Shown here: positions 28,246 to 42,862 of the stretch, one piece after another | Position numbering within the stretch: position 1 is the stretch's first letter | How the letters are laid out: the number at the start of each line of letters is the position of its first letter | DNA from: Eledone cirrhosa | Lineage: Eukaryota | Assembly: GCA_964016885.1 (NCBI GenBank) | Contig: OZ024741.1 | Location: 82,832,001-82,896,000, forward strand | DNA: 64,000 bases | Reading direction: 5' to 3' | Made by a program: the position numbers and the translations under genes | Notes under the pieces: model-generated | The model's database searches: none | Told to the model about the DNA's origin: nothing | Seen by the model: only the letters and a program-made list of their open reading frames with translations

Positions 28246-28659
28246 CGTGCAAGTTTCAAGGACATTAAATATGTTACAAAGTTTATTTTCCACAAGCAAG
28301 GAGTTGCACCAAAAGTGAGATGTCGACATCACGTTAAGTGAAATACTAATGTTGGTTAGACGACTCCATGTAACGGTGTTATCAGAAATTCTTAGCATTT
28401 CATTTTTTTTTATTTGACTTCAAAGTCTGTCACAATTTACGAAAGAGGGGTAATCATTTAACAAAAACTTAATTTCATTTTCTTTTGACAACACCTGGTG
28501 TGGTAGTTATTTCAAATCATACTTATTCTGTCATTTTAACTCGCACTAAAATATTCTGTAGAAAGTACATCACTCTTTTACATGTATTAAATAGTGTTTT
28601 TCTTTTAGATTTTTCCTCATTCAAACTTTCTCTCCTGTTCAATTTTCTTATACTTATTG

Positions 28660-28935
28660 TGAAGGCACGTGGCTTAACGGTTAGAGTGTTTGGCGCACGA
28701 TTGTATAGTCGGGATTTCGATTTATGGCAGTGACCTTGCGCAGGACACATTACTTTACTTGGTTCCAGTGTTGTAGCTCAAAACAACATGTCACCCTTGT
28801 CATACAATGTCATGATGAATATCCATGGTAACAAAGTTAAGTGCACACGTGTCTGTGTAATGCTCAGACACGTGCTCGTTAACTTCACGAGTAGGTTCGA
28901 ACACCTGAAATCCTTGTTGTAGCAATCGATGGAGG
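28660..28935 (+). mobile_element. tRNA-derived SINE
   Basis: A-box-like gtggcttaacggttagag, B-box-like gatttcgattt, then gtgaccttgcgcaggacacatt. Confidence 0.6.
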
Positions 28936-30254
28936 TCATCAACAATGTACATTGTTGTACTAATTACATTCATTCACTCATTCATGTTGTTACCTTGTTC
29001 TTTACTCTCTAATACTTTCTTTATTCCTCTTTATACCTCTCCCCTTAACCCACCTCTAGCTTTCTTCGGTCTAGATTTATCTATTTCAATATATCTATAT
29101 TTTATGTACCAGTTCCCCATACTCAAACCACTTGTTGTTACTTTGCTTTCCAGCCTGTATTACTTTGTCGGTCTGTATATATCCCCCTTTCTCCCCTTAG
29201 CTCACAATTACATTCTTTCAACATCTCTATATTTTATGTTTCTCTTTTTCCTTAAACTTCGCCTTTCATGCGAAAGCAAAATTGCTTAACTAGATTATTC
29301 TGTCGTTCGCATTAATTTAACTACTGACACCTTATTACTTTTAGTTGTAACTAACAGACGACATGTTGCCATTGTCTGAGGATAATCGTATTCTTGCTAA
29401 ACATTCGCCTAATTCAACAGTAACAATTTAATAATCCACATTTCCTTTTCTTTATTATTATCGAAGATTTTTAAAATTGAAACATTTCTTATATACGTCG
29501 TTTGATCATCAAATGAAAATTCAATTTACTTTCTTACAAATCCATCCACTTCAAAATGAATAAATATGCATAAAAGAAAATGAACCCCCTCAAATGAAAT
29601 ACATGAACAGCGGTCCTTACGTCGACGAAGATAATTATGACGAAGACAATAACAACGACGATGTCAATAATAACTACAAGAATAACGAAAATGGCAACAA
29701 TAAAAATGTTGACAATAACAATGAGGATAACATTAATAATAACAGCAGCGTCTGTGTCAATAAAAAGTCGATAACAATAAAAATAGCAACAATAACAATA
29801 TTGACGAAAGTAACAACGTTGACTGCAACAACAAATACGATGACAATAACGACGGACAACTTCACAACAAAATGTTAATTATATCGAACCAGTGTTTTAC
29901 TGCTACTATAATTTATAGCTCCTTAATGGAGGAAATAGACAGTAAACCTCGGGGAGGATTGAATATACACCTCTTTTTATGAGAGTACAATTAGATCTGA
30001 AAATCGATTTAAAATGTTAATCATTCTTTAACATTTAGTAGGACTTCGCATCTATTGGAATGTGTCCGTCCCGATATACGAGATGTTTTCTTTTTTGATT
30101 TGTTTTTCTTTTATTCTTTTCCTGAATTAAGAAATACCATGTGCCCTAAAACATATCACTTGGAACACAAATTTCAAAAATCAAATCGCCTTAGTCTAAG
30201 ACGCATCGTTTCGGAACCGTTCAGAGATACACACACATACATACCTATATATTA

Positions 30255-30316
<62 letters not shown>

Positions 30317-30474
30317 GCTTAATATGTTGTAACATTATGTTCATATTTGTTCACGAACATGATCGCTCAACGCGCCAGTAGGTTTCTTTCGATCTCGTAC
30401 GCGGTGTTACACATTTGGTGTTATCCCTCATACATACATACGTACATACATACATACATACATACATACATACA

Positions 30475-30558
<84 letters not shown>

Positions 30559-31207
30559 CGGTGTAGGGAAGGACAGTGTAGAAAAAGGAACATCACTAAC
30601 ATTTATGAGACGGTTTATAGTATAGGAGAATGAATAAATGAACATTGGCGAGAACTCCAAAATGGGATAAGCTTAGTACTCAAGCAACATACAAGAACGG
30701 AACACTGGAGAACACACTAGTGAACATATAGTTAAAAATCATATCCAAACATATAACAGATGCAATGCTCCGACATATTAAAAAAACGACAAACATAAAC
30801 GAACTCCATCTAAAACTAAATGAGTGGGAATAGCATGAAAATCACAAATATTAATTAAGGAAAATATAAAGATATACAGAGACACAAAAGAACAAAACCC
30901 ATAAAACAAACCGGACTCACATAGATTTAACAAGCAACTAACTAGTAACAAGTAAATAAACGTGTAAATAAATAAACACACCCACCTGAATATACCGCAT
31001 GCACACGCTCACAAAAACAAGATTGTGTCGAAGAGAACAAATGTGAGACCCCCAAATAACAAATTAATTAGAAAAAGTCACAGAATGTGTGGCAAAAGAT
31101 ATTTGATAATAAACAAATAAACAACCATCCGGTTATTTAACTAACCAACTGCAGGTTTATAGTAAATTGAAGTTAAATCAAGAGGTGCGTGTGTTCTTAT
31201 TGCCAGC

Positions 31208-31273
<66 letters not shown>

Positions 31274-31277
31274 TATC

Positions 31278-31324
<47 letters not shown>

Positions 31325-31328
<4 letters not shown>

Positions 31329-31460
31329 AAAAGATTCAGGACCCCGACGGCTGAGATCCGGCCGTTTCGACAGCTGTCTCTTTTCCTATTACCCACTCTA
31401 CTACCCTAAGTATCGAGGACTCTGGTGCGTTATGGTTCCTTACCAAACTTCCTTCTTTAT
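31325..31460 (+). repeat. Short dispersed repeat embedded in (TA)n, copy 1
   Basis: gccgtttcgac...ttcctattacccactcta...ccctaagtat...tgcgttatggt is shared with the reverse complement of 50422-50583. Confidence 0.7.
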
Positions 31461-31724
31461 ATATATATATACTATAATTTTTATCGTTGTTTCTCATTCA
31501 TTTCCTCTTTCTAACATATCATATAGTGAACCCATTTATTAACTTCTCACTCTGCAACCATTCATTGCATAGATATCATTTTCATGATTTGTTAAAAGTT
31601 TTCATGAATTATTTCCAGTTTTGCATTAACCTATATTTGGAGGTGATCATATTGTTCTTCCCGCAAGCCACAACATATCTTTCTTTCCGTATTCTCCTCA
31701 CTTTCTTGTTATCAGCAATCTTTC

Positions 31725-31780
<56 letters not shown>

Positions 31781-32720
31781 AGTAAATATTAGCGAGAATC
31801 GAATTTCAGTTCAGGAATTAACGAAAAACACTTCCAAGTTGTGTGGCAAGCGCTCCATAATTCATATGAATTAGAGCTACAACTTACGTTAAAGTCCAAA
31901 CACACTGACATGGTGGTTAAACTAATCATCCGCACAGCGAAAAAACGATCGCCTAATTCGGGTCAAACAGATATACAAATATAAAGATATATAAAAATAT
32001 ATATGGTTGAAAATTTACCCGGACCCCTGGAGAGATGGTTAAATCCAGTATTTGGGTTTCTGCGGCTCCATAAATCATTTACTGTCCGCTTACATAAAGG
32101 ATGTTAGGCTTCTGGTAGTATGACCAAACTGAGAGGACGCGTTGTCAACGGGATTCAGTTCGATAGTCCACATAAATGTGTCTGTAACTGACCCCACGTG
32201 GGGTTCAGCAAGGGAGGCAACACCTATATTAGGCGAATGAATTCAGTTGTGTATAATATTGCGAAAATGCAAAATATCACAAATCGAATAACGCTCTCGA
32301 CAGAGTGGTTAAATATAACAAAGCTATTCAATAGTCAATAAAATAAACCAAAAACAATCGATAAAATTAACTGGCCAATAGCTGGACACTGGGGATTAAT
32401 ACAAGTAAAAATGAGCGAGAATCGAATATATATATATATATTTTTATATATGTGTGTGTTAGTGTGCTTATGTATATAAATATATATATATGTGTGTATG
32501 TATACGTATGTGTGCATATGTATATACATATATATATATATATATAATATATATATATACAATAAATGTAATCTGAGTTTTTCGAATATTAATAATAACA
32601 TTCGATTCGTTTTCAATTTTGCAAACAAGCCTCAAAATTTTATAGCCATGTCAGGAGAACGAACACTTCATTCTTAAAGATATATTTGTATGTATATATA
32701 CAGATTTCTCTCAATTTATA

Positions 32721-32783
<63 letters not shown>

Positions 32784-33309
32784 GAGTGTGTGCGATTTAG
32801 TATCTGTAACTGTATGTCTGTGCATGCTTGTGTGTGTATATAACTATTCACGACCCAAACACATACACCCAAACACAAATATGTTCCTGTTTCATTATTT
32901 TTTCTTGTCATCAGAACGTTTTGAAAAGGAAACGATGAAAGACAAAAGTTAAAATAATAAATATGAAAATAAAGAAAATAAACACCGATATTTAAATAAT
33001 ACATGAATTATTTTGAATTTTATTTTGCCAGATTCTAGCTCTGTATCTCAGAGTTTAACATAGAATTTTGCTTTCAAACCAACGCTGCAAAGTGACATTT
33101 CAAAACGAAGTCGTATTTCCTTATTAATATAGTTCTATATTATTTTAGTATGTATAAGCATAATGATTGTTATGTTGAATAACAATATTTCCTGGCATTA
33201 ATTTCAGGTGTTCACTTATTACTCTGTGTAGTTAATTTTGGCCAAGGCAAATGTGTCACTTTTCTCCTTAAGTTTTACCAAATATTATAATATAATAATT
33301 TATTAATTG

Positions 33310-33620
33310 TAAGTAAGACAGACTCCTGTACTGGCAGATATTTCATCTGACATAGCCACAAACCACGGTATCGCGGCCCGCAAAGGAGAGGTTAGGAAAA
33401 CAAGCAAATACCGGGATATGTCAGGCCGCTTCCTCTTTACGCAGGTCACCATCCAAACATCAGGCGTCCTCGTACCCCGGACAGCCGAGCTCTTCCATGA
33501 AATCGGAATATCAGGTGCCCGCATGAGGAAGGAGCCACGTGAGGTGGGGTGGCTGTTGCATTTCTCGTGAAAATGCCTTTTCAGTTTTGTCCATGGGTTG
33601 CAGACATACCACTGCCGTAA
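33310..33620 (+). mobile_element. CRE-type non-LTR retrotransposon, restriction-like endonuclease 3' fragment
   Basis: Plus frame GIAARKGEVRKTSKYRDMSGRFLFTQVTIQTSGVLVPRTAELFHEIG...EPREVGWL fits the CRE pattern AAxxAExxKxxKY...PxAxETxG...DPRE. Confidence 0.65.
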
Positions 33621-34660
33621 CCTAGGCGTAGAGTCTGTCATCATTCCCTCTCTCACTCTCTTTCTTCTGTTGCCTAATAGTGTTTGCTTTTTCCATCCTT
33701 TTCTTCTCATTTATAGTCATTGTAGTCCTTTCCCTTTCATTCCTATACAGCCAGATCTGCTTTTCTTTACTCCTCCTCCTTCTTTTCCTTACTTAATTTT
33801 GTTCCTACCTTCTGTTTTAGATATTTGCATCGAGGTAACACTTATGTCTGTAAAATAGAGCTGACATAATATGTTTTATTGTATTTAGCGCCATTGGCTA
33901 GTCTTATATGACGAGTAGCTTTCTCACAATTATGCGCTGCATTCTCCCAAAATAAAATAATTTAATCTCTGTGTTTCACAAGCTGATGAATTCAGTTTGT
34001 GTCACATCTTTCTTTCAACTCCCTAAGAAAAGTACTAAGCTAGAATTTTCCATTACAGTCAACATTCATCCAGGCCAAATCCTGATACGGGGTTTTTAGC
34101 TCTACGATCTGTCCAGGTGTTGAGTTATTTCCATAACGCTGATACACAGCAAATATTATTTTAATGTTTACAGAAAATTATTGCATTTTTATAGCGATTA
34201 TTAACAGATGCATAAGTGTATGGTCTATTAGTATAATTAATTCGACTCTTATAGGCAGGTACCCTCGGTTACTGCCCAGTGCTAATTAGCCTAATGGCAA
34301 CGCGGGTCCTGCTTCAGCCAAGACATTTCAATGAATAATTGGATTCTACGAAACAAAATAAGGAATCAGAAAGATACTGTACAAATTTAGGGTTTCATTG
34401 GGATAGATGTTTGGAAAATCTGTACATTAATATTCATATAATATTACTATATGTATGTTCTACACATAATTATAATGTACAGACTTATATACATATTGCA
34501 TTACATCAAACTATGATCTACATTGATTATTGACCAATGTGTGTTTCTGAAGATACACATCATATGTGTATTAATATATATGTATGTATGTACACACACA
34601 CACACACACACTCACACCTATATATATATATATATATAGTATATATATATATGTATATAT

Positions 34661-34713
<53 letters not shown>

Positions 34714-34782
34714 CATTCATATATATTTATACAGATAGAGATATATTAAAAGGTACGTATATGTGTATATAGACATACATAT

Positions 34783-34855
<73 letters not shown>

Positions 34856-34856
<1 letters not shown>

Positions 34857-35453
34857 CAGGTCACCAGTTGGTGCTACTGGTAACATGTATCCCAGTACAA
34901 CCTGTCTCATGGTCGGATCGTTGGCGACTAAACTGGCAACCCCACCAAGGTTTCTTGGTTAGGAGGGTGTCTTTGGACATCCTGCAGGACGAAAAACAAA
35001 ACCTGTCAATGGGCAAAGGAGCTCTTAAGAGTCAATAGCCATCCAAAATCAGCGGGAGAGATGACCCTTTAGCCTTTGTCAAGGCAGAATTCTAGGAGAA
35101 GGAAAACTCTGATATAACACCTGCAACTCTGATGGTATCCAATGATGTTGACTTGTTTTTGGTAAATATCATCTTGGTTAAGAGAGTGGGACTGGCTTTG
35201 TGCAGTGCCTTTGCTCACTATAAAAGCTTCACGGCACTGGCATTGCTTTATATCTGGAGATCTCTCTGCACGTGTCGTCACATGGTACCATGGGCCCAGC
35301 ACTTTGTCAATAATTGTCACAAGTGTAGTGTTTGTACCATAGTTTTCAAGTCGCTGTCTGGACTAAAAAGTCACACTCGTTCAGCGTATCAGTAGGCGTT
35401 GTCCTACATGGATATAATGTAGTGGCCGTACTCGAAAACGAGTTGGCAGCCAC
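34856..35453 (+). mobile_element. About 600-bp non-autonomous bipartite RTE-derived element, copy 2
   Basis: 5' ggcgactaaactggcaacccc; 3' CSVCTIVFKSLSGLKSHTRS then a short UTR. Flanked by TA microsatellite. Confidence 0.75.
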
Positions 35454-36639
35454 CATATATATATATATATGCTTATGTTCTTTATAGTCAATGACAAAAT
35501 TGCAAAATTATCAGCGAAACGATGCTATTGATGGAGGTTATGTTTGCAGTTTTAGTACTGCTCCGACTGCTGTCGGCAAATATGACGTTACCTTGTTGAA
35601 ACATGTAGCAACGTTGTTTGACGTAGTGATGATGGTAGTAAATGGTGGTTGTATTATTTCTGAAGAAGAAGCTGTTGGCAAATCTCTCAGTCCAGTACTT
35701 TGCTATCTGCTTGGAATATATAAGACGGTTATAAATCTGTTTCGTTAATCCATAATTAACAACGATATCTCAAAAACTTCTATTTCTTCAACACGAAGAA
35801 CCTGGGAAGAAACAAGTCACTATACAGAAAGTTTTATTGATATTTAGATAATAGATATGAAGTCTCACCTCCGGCAGTTTATATATTGTCATAAAACAAA
35901 TCAATATTTGTATGTGGTTAGAAGAAATATATTGAATGGAAGGGATCTCCGTCAGTTTTGACAATGTTTGTTCCATTTGTTCTATCAGCGGAAGAACATA
36001 CTCGTTCAGTGAATTGAAATCTCACCTCTGACAATATACACATTGTCATAAAACAAATCTAGATTTGGGGTATGTTAGAAGGAATCGAACATCATGAATT
36101 TCGACAATGAGACTTTCTATCGTCTTTTGTGGCATCGACGTGTAACGGACAGAACATTCCACTGATATGTTTCCCAGGTAAGTAATTCTCGAGGAAAATT
36201 AGTGTGACACAATATGTGAACATTATGCATACTTTGAGTACAAGTAGAATCCAGGTGATGGCGCTTCAAACTGTTTCTGTCTCCCCAAGTACACTTACAT
36301 GCTTTGAGTTAACTCGAAGTAAGGGGAAATGAAACTTTGCCAAGTTTCCACTCAATGAGTTTGGCAAATTTGGGATCTCATGAGTGTAAAAAAAACGTAA
36401 TCTTTCAGTCATATATGTATCTACTTCTGTTATTCTACTAATCATCGTAAAATAAAACCATTTGAGAGCAGATTGAAGAAGTCCCTTTAAAGATGACTAA
36501 TGCATTTGTTTGAGATGTTGCATTGAACAGAAAACAGATCCGCTATGTTTTTTTTGTGAAGAGAATATCAATTAAATCGACCTCCGCATTAACTAGGCAA
36601 TTTGCGTTATCAAGCCTAAGGCTATATAATAATTATTTA

Positions 36640-37920
36640 CTTTTAACATTGGTACAAGACTTGCAGTTTTCTGCGAAGGTCAAAGTCGATTACATCCACC
36701 ACAACATATAATTGGAACTTTACATTATCGACCCTTTAAGGGTGAAGGGCAAAATTAACCTCACCGGGATTTGAAATCGAAAGGTAGAAAGTCGTAACTA
36801 AATACCTTAAAGCGTTTCGATCCACGCTCAACCTATACCGCTAATATACCTCCCTAGTGGTATATAATAATGATTTATAATGTAAGTACAAGGTCAGCAA
36901 TTTCGGGGAAGGGTGAAGTCAATTATATCGACACAAGGACATATTGGTAGATTATTTTATCGATCCTGGAAGGCTGAAAGGCAAAGTTAAACTAGAGCAG
37001 GATTTGAACACAAAACATAGAAGGTGATAAGAAAATACACCGTTGCCTTTTGTAAGACGCTCAACTGACACTGCTATACATCGCCCTTTTGTGCAATATA
37101 TTACTAAGAACTACGAGAACAAAGTAACAATAACAACAGAGAAAACAAGATAACGTTAAATGGTGATAAATAGATGGGCATAACTCTTCTATTTCTAGCT
37201 ACTTTTTCAACAAAATATATTACACAATAGAAATAAAGCAATTCTCAAATTGAATAAAATCAGCGAGCATTACAGAGGAATTATATGAAAAAGTGCACTG
37301 AAGGTCCTGATAATAATGGTTTCTAAGTTAAGCAAAATCCCAGCAAATTTTGGGGAAGATATAAATTGATTACATGGGCCCTGATACTTTAGATTATTGA
37401 CCCCAAAGAATAAAATTGACCTCTGTGGAATCTGAAACCAGAACATTAAGAGGCGTAACTATATAGTGAGTGACGAATTAACATAGATGGTCGATCGTCG
37501 GATAGAATGCTTTGCCGTATTCTTTCCGACAATTTACGCCCTATTCATATCTCGCTGTGTTCAAATTTGACATCCTTTCGATGTCGGTAACGAATCGACT
37601 ATATTCAAACCCAACGCGGGAGGGGCTCCCTCACGTTAAAAAAAAACATCAATACGGCGCTCAGAAGATTCCATCATGTCTTACGGTTCCAAAGAAGGGA
37701 GAAAATTATATTATCACACATAAGATACTAACCATTCACCATCCTGGTGTTATGTAAAAACACAATTTTGTTGGAGTTGGAAGTCGATTAAATTAATCCC
37801 TGCGTTTAACTACTGTTTTATTCACCCCGGAAGTGTGTAAACCAAAGTTTGGTTTGGTAGGATTTGAACTCAAAATATACAAAAATCTATTTATACTGAC
37901 ACGCTAATGATTCTGCTAAT
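36640..37920 (-). mobile_element. Four co-oriented decayed SINE copies (MetaSINE-like core)
   Basis: tatcgacc...gaaaggcaaagttaacctc...ggatttgaa motif recurs near 36725, 36958, 37395 and 37818. Confidence 0.7.
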
Positions 37921-38234
37921 TCAGGATCCTGCGGCTATAAAACACGTACAACAACAAAGCACTAATCTTTATCAATATATCGAAGGTCCCCAAATGTTTT
38001 ACTCACTTTTCAGAGTGAAGATTCCATCGAAAGTAATAATTCTCCAAGCGCTATAATACCATAATCCTATAATGTATATAGTCTACCCCATCCTACTTAG
38101 AATTATAGGCTTTTATAAGATGAACGATTCATTCGGAACACCTATATATATCGAATGTATTTGGGGAGAAATCATAAATCTAAAACATCTATAGAAATCT
38201 CTCTCCCCCCTCTCCCTCTGTCTCTCTCCCTCTC

Positions 38235-38269
<35 letters not shown>

Positions 38270-38271
<2 letters not shown>

Positions 38272-38398
38272 CTGCTCTGTAAAACATCTGATGTATTTAC
38301 ATTGAGCTATTTTTCTTACTGGTAATATGGTAGTAATGAATTACTGACCTTTCCTGTTTATAATTGTATATAGTGTATATATAAGTATAAATAATAAT

Positions 38399-38400
<2 letters not shown>
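38270..38400 (+). mobile_element. Pseudo-LTR remnant related to the PLE at 59.5-64 kb
   Basis: ctgctctgtaaaacatctgatg...acattgagctattt...ttactggtaat between TA tracts. Confidence 0.65.
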
Positions 38401-38457
<57 letters not shown>

Positions 38458-39158
38458 ATATTGGATCGTCAAATATGAAATTTGTAGTTCGACATACAAC
38501 ACTTGGTTTTCTTCTACATATTTCATACTTGACAACCCAATATATATATAGTTGGAATGAAATTTTAATTCTAATTATACAGCTTTATATTCAATGAGGG
38601 TAATCAGCGCACCTACATAGGCGAAAATACTATATATTCTCGTCTGTTTTAAAGTTTCAGCAAAGGCAGCAAGGGAACCTTGTCTCGATGTGAAACATGA
38701 AGTTCGAAATACGTATAGGTAGTTATCCCGCGCTGCTTTTGCTGAAAAAAACTATACTGCGCTGGCCGACAGCCATTCAATATTCATCGCTCGGCTTTCA
38801 AAATGTTTACTTATTAAACATACCCTATATCTTTAGATATATGAAATTCACATACATATATATATACAGCTATGTTGAAGATGAATTGTAAATATATGTA
38901 TATATAACATCGAGTGCTTTTCTGAAATTACGTCATAGCTAACATTGCAGAATGACCTAATATACCTAGTGGTAAACCACCAAATTTAAACGTATATATA
39001 TATATATATGTATTTCGTAGACAAATATATCAATATGCCCAGACATGCAGATATGTTGCCCTTGGTATAACAGTGTGGTTGTAGCTCAATGTAGGATAAC
39101 TAGTATACTACAGAGCCGTTATAATTATAAAGAGTACTTAGAAATACATTGTTTTATT

Positions 39159-39205
39159 AGCTAACAGTGTTTAATGCATACACCATGGCAGGAATCATCA
39201 GAGCT
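39159..39205 (-). ncRNA. Type-I hammerhead motif, family D (GAAA mutated to TAAA)
   Basis: Minus strand: agct CTGATGA ttcc...gcat TAAAC act GTT agct. Confidence 0.55.
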
Positions 39206-42200
39206 TATAAACATGAGTATATCAGTAGTTGCATGCTCCATCGAGCTGCGTCACCAGAACAAGGTTAAAGGACCAGCTGGAGGATCCCGAGGCCAGCGCT
39301 ATATGGAAAAAGGCAGAATACATGATGCACATAATGTCATAAAATATCTTTAAAATGTTTAGATTAAAAATTAAAAATTACACCAAAAATGTATCACTTA
39401 AATGGTGCAATAGGATGATAAAGAGGTTGGGAGAGGATAGCAAGGGAATAGTGAGGGTATTACTCAGCATGATCAGAAACAATAAGAAAATAATTAAAAA
39501 AATAATAAAAAAGTGCAAAAAATACAGGGATAATAAAAGAGATAAATATAAAACTACAAAATAATAAAGCTACAAAAAGCCCGGAGACCCCAAAGAAATA
39601 TAAGACAAAGCAGCATAGATGCATCAAAGCACAAGCAGTGCAAAAAGAGGGTGTACAGGCAGATCAATAGAGTTTGCAAACACGAGTCTGTGAAAAGAAT
39701 AGTTGGTTAGCAGTGGTGTAGCCTTATATGTATGATAGTCCATATGAGGGATGGTGTACTCCAATTATATCGCCTTGTAACAGGTCTATTCTCCTTATCA
39801 TATCCGCGCCCTACTAACCATATCGATATGTTCCAGTTCCGAACGTTAAGTGAGATAACACTATTTTTCCAAAACCGTTACCCAGCGGATTTATCACCAT
39901 AGGCGGTCTGGGATATACACCCAAAATCAAAAATCAAAAATAAAAGAAAGTACGACGAGTTAAAGAAATGTATGGTACATATACAACCGGCACAGATGTG
40001 AGGAAATTGAAAATACGCCAGGTCCGCAGAAACTGGCATTCCCCAAAATCCTCACGTTCGATCGCTCAATCCAACGGGCCAGGTAAAATTCACTGTATGT
40101 CCAAGTTGGCGTTCAACCAATGTATCGCACCACATACAACTGTACCACAGTAAATACAAATCGTGATGGCTATCCCGTTACATATGGAGAAAAAGTCTAT
40201 ATAGGAAACTCCGCTTCCAGAATCACATATGGCAGAATGAGCATATATTGTTATACTAACTGGCGGCTTTATTATAGTGAGTGCAAATTTCTGTAGAATA
40301 TATATATATATATAGAAGGGAGAACTCACAACCAAACCCGTCTATGACAGCCATGTTATTTATATTTCCGCCACGTTTTTATCGTTTAGATTATTGACTC
40401 CTGAGTTTGCAATCCATTCACAGTCGGGTGTGACCCCTCCTGGGTCGGCGGGAGTTCAAGATCCAGTGCTGCACTTTGCCTTGAGTGTGGTTCTATAATT
40501 CATCAAAGCTGGATTACAATTCATATTCAACTAACTCCAACCTTCAAAGATTAGTCTCTCGCTAGTAACACATAACGGTAGTCTGAATATAAACACAGGA
40601 AGTCGTAGAGTACGTATGAAAGGTATGGGAGGCAATTCGCCTCATAAAGGTAGGATTCATTAGATATCCAACGGGATGCTAGGGTCGTGTCTTATGTTTG
40701 ATTCGAAGCCCTCGGCGATCAACTTCCCCTCCCCCTGGGGCTAGGTCGATTCAGCAGCGCCCAACCCACACGATTTGCTACCATAGTTCACTATACTAGG
40801 TTAGATCTATTACACCCTTTAGGGTAAGGTTAACTAGACCCCGAGTGCCCAATTCAAACGCTTTATGGCTGCGGCGGGGTTTTCTGGGCTTTCAACAGAC
40901 TATTGTGCTGTGCTATCAGTTAGCCCACAATGGGTTTGTTTATAAACCATATTAACATGGTTAGTGTGGGTATGTGCCTATATAGGATCAAGTTGTGCTA
41001 GGTATAGGGAAAAGCCTTAAGTAGGTTCTACCCCAGGGTACTTGGCTAGTGGTCCAATAAGATGAACCAGGGACGAGAGGAAGAAAAGTAAGAGAGGGGG
41101 AGATGAGAAGAAATATTAATATTAGAGTAGTCTATATACACCTGAAGGGCAGTTATCGTCACAGAGGGACCAGGATACAGTGCGGCGTGGTTTTACGTAG
41201 GCCAGACAGGACGGATGTATGCAGGTCTTACAGCGTTAACTAATTGGTCTAAAATAATAGAAGGAGCTAAGATTTATGTGCGGGCAAGAAGAGAATATCT
41301 CCGACTTCCTATTTAACAGGTTCAGTTTGGAGTGTATTATGGCGTGTGATTCAGAGACACAAAGGTCACAGGTCTTGTTAGGGGGTCTGTACTGTGATGA
41401 TTTACTGATGATTCTCCAATTAAGTGTGTATTGAATATCAGTGTTCTTCAGGAGGGATATGTAACTAGTCTATCATATCTAAATGTATAGCGATGGGAGT
41501 TGTATCTAGTCTTAAAGGGGGTCGATGTAGACCCTATATATATTTTGGAGGAGGTCCGAGTTGTAATATCACATGCGTAGACAATGTTATTTATAAGGCA
41601 TTGTCCCTTTAGGGGGCACTCCGCCTTTCGTCTGCAGTTACATTTTCGGTGTATCTGATTCTACGGCACACGAGATGTTTGGTTTTCGGTGCGTTCCAGA
41701 TTTAGCAACCGTACATCAGATGTGTGGATAGTATTGCTGGGTGACGCTGCATCAGGTCCATCTAGTGGTTTCCGGCGTGCCGCAGCTGCAATGGTATTGA
41801 AACCCTTTCTAATGTTGTTGTTGTTTGTTATGGCTAGGTGACGAGCTAGATTTGGAGTAGTGCAGAAAGATAGCTTAATTGTGTTTTTATTGATGATACT
41901 ATAATATTTACTACGGGGGGGGGGGAGTTTTTTTCCAAGTTCGAGAAGAATGCCTTTGGTATATTGGTTGATACCTTTGAGTTGTAAGGTGGATTAAAGT
42001 AGGAATTGGATCTTCGTCTATTTTTCTTATTTTTCGTACTAGGGGAAGAGTTGACCCTGGACATAGACAACACATCTTACGTGGTAGAGAGAACCTGGGG
42101 TGGTAATCTTACCCGGAAGGGTTCACAGGCCTCCCTGTCTTTCCTATTACACCTCAATTTTCTAGCTTTTATCCTAGTGTTAGTGTTTTTGCCATACCGA

Positions 42201-42703
42201 TGAGGCGTGTTAAATGGGTCCCCTGGGGTTGGTCAGAGCCGCCTACAGTACCCGTGTAGTTCCTATTTTCGTGTCCGCTTCTATTAGGCAAAGCCATATT
42301 GTGTGTGATTACATTATATTGTCCGGCCCTGGTAGTTTGGGCGTTATTACGTATGTAGTATATTTTTTCTCTAAAAATTATCGCTGTATTTTTGCACTTT
42401 TTTATTATTTTTTTATTATTTTCTTATTGTTTCTTATCATGCTGAGTAATACCCTCACTATTCCCTTGCTACCCTCTCCCAACCTCTTTATCATCCTATT
42501 GCACCATTTAAGTGATACATTTTTGGTGTAATTTTAAATTTTAAATTTTTAAATTTTTAAGACATTTTATGACATTATGTGCATCATTTATTCTGCCTTT
42601 TTCCATAGAGCGCTGGCCTCGGGACCCTCTTGCTGGTCCTTTAACCTTGTTCTGATGTCGCAGCTCGATGGAGCATGCATCTACTGATATACTCATGTTT
42701 ATA

Positions 42704-42750
42704 AGTTCTGATGATTCCTGCCATGGTGTATGGATGAAACACTGTTAGCT
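42704..42750 (+). ncRNA. Type-I hammerhead motif, family D (core intact)
   Basis: agtt CTGATGA t-tcc-tgccatggtgtat-gga-t GAAAC act GTT agct. Confidence 0.7.
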
Positions 42751-42798
42751 AATAAAAAAAAATGTATTTCTAAGTACTCTTTGGTTATTCCTATAACT

Positions 42799-42862
<64 letters not shown>

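Larger units (their letters stand above)
39129..42782 (-). mobile_element. 5'-truncated Penelope-like element (GIY-YIG part) capped by an inverted pseudo-LTR
   Basis: Minus 41280-42070: YFNPPYNSKVSTNIPKAFF and CNCRRKAECPLKGQCL...IVYACDI...IYIGSTSTPFKTRYNSH. 39129-39540 and 42365-42782 are inverted copies. Confidence 0.9.

Noticed and set aside
32880-32922. Minus-strand CTGATGA...GAAAC
   Set aside because: No stem II pairing and no UH cleavage triplet.
34856-34965. Possible HDV-like ribozyme at the RTE-derived 5' end
   Set aside because: Some pairing (ggtcacca/tggcgact), but I could not build the nested double pseudoknot by eye. Needs a descriptor search.
35480-36185. Stop-poor region with an imperfect duplication of about 158-bp period and a perfect CAG|GTAAGT donor
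   Set aside because: No identifiable protein and stops occur in the repeat frame. Cannot be supported as an exon without RNA data.
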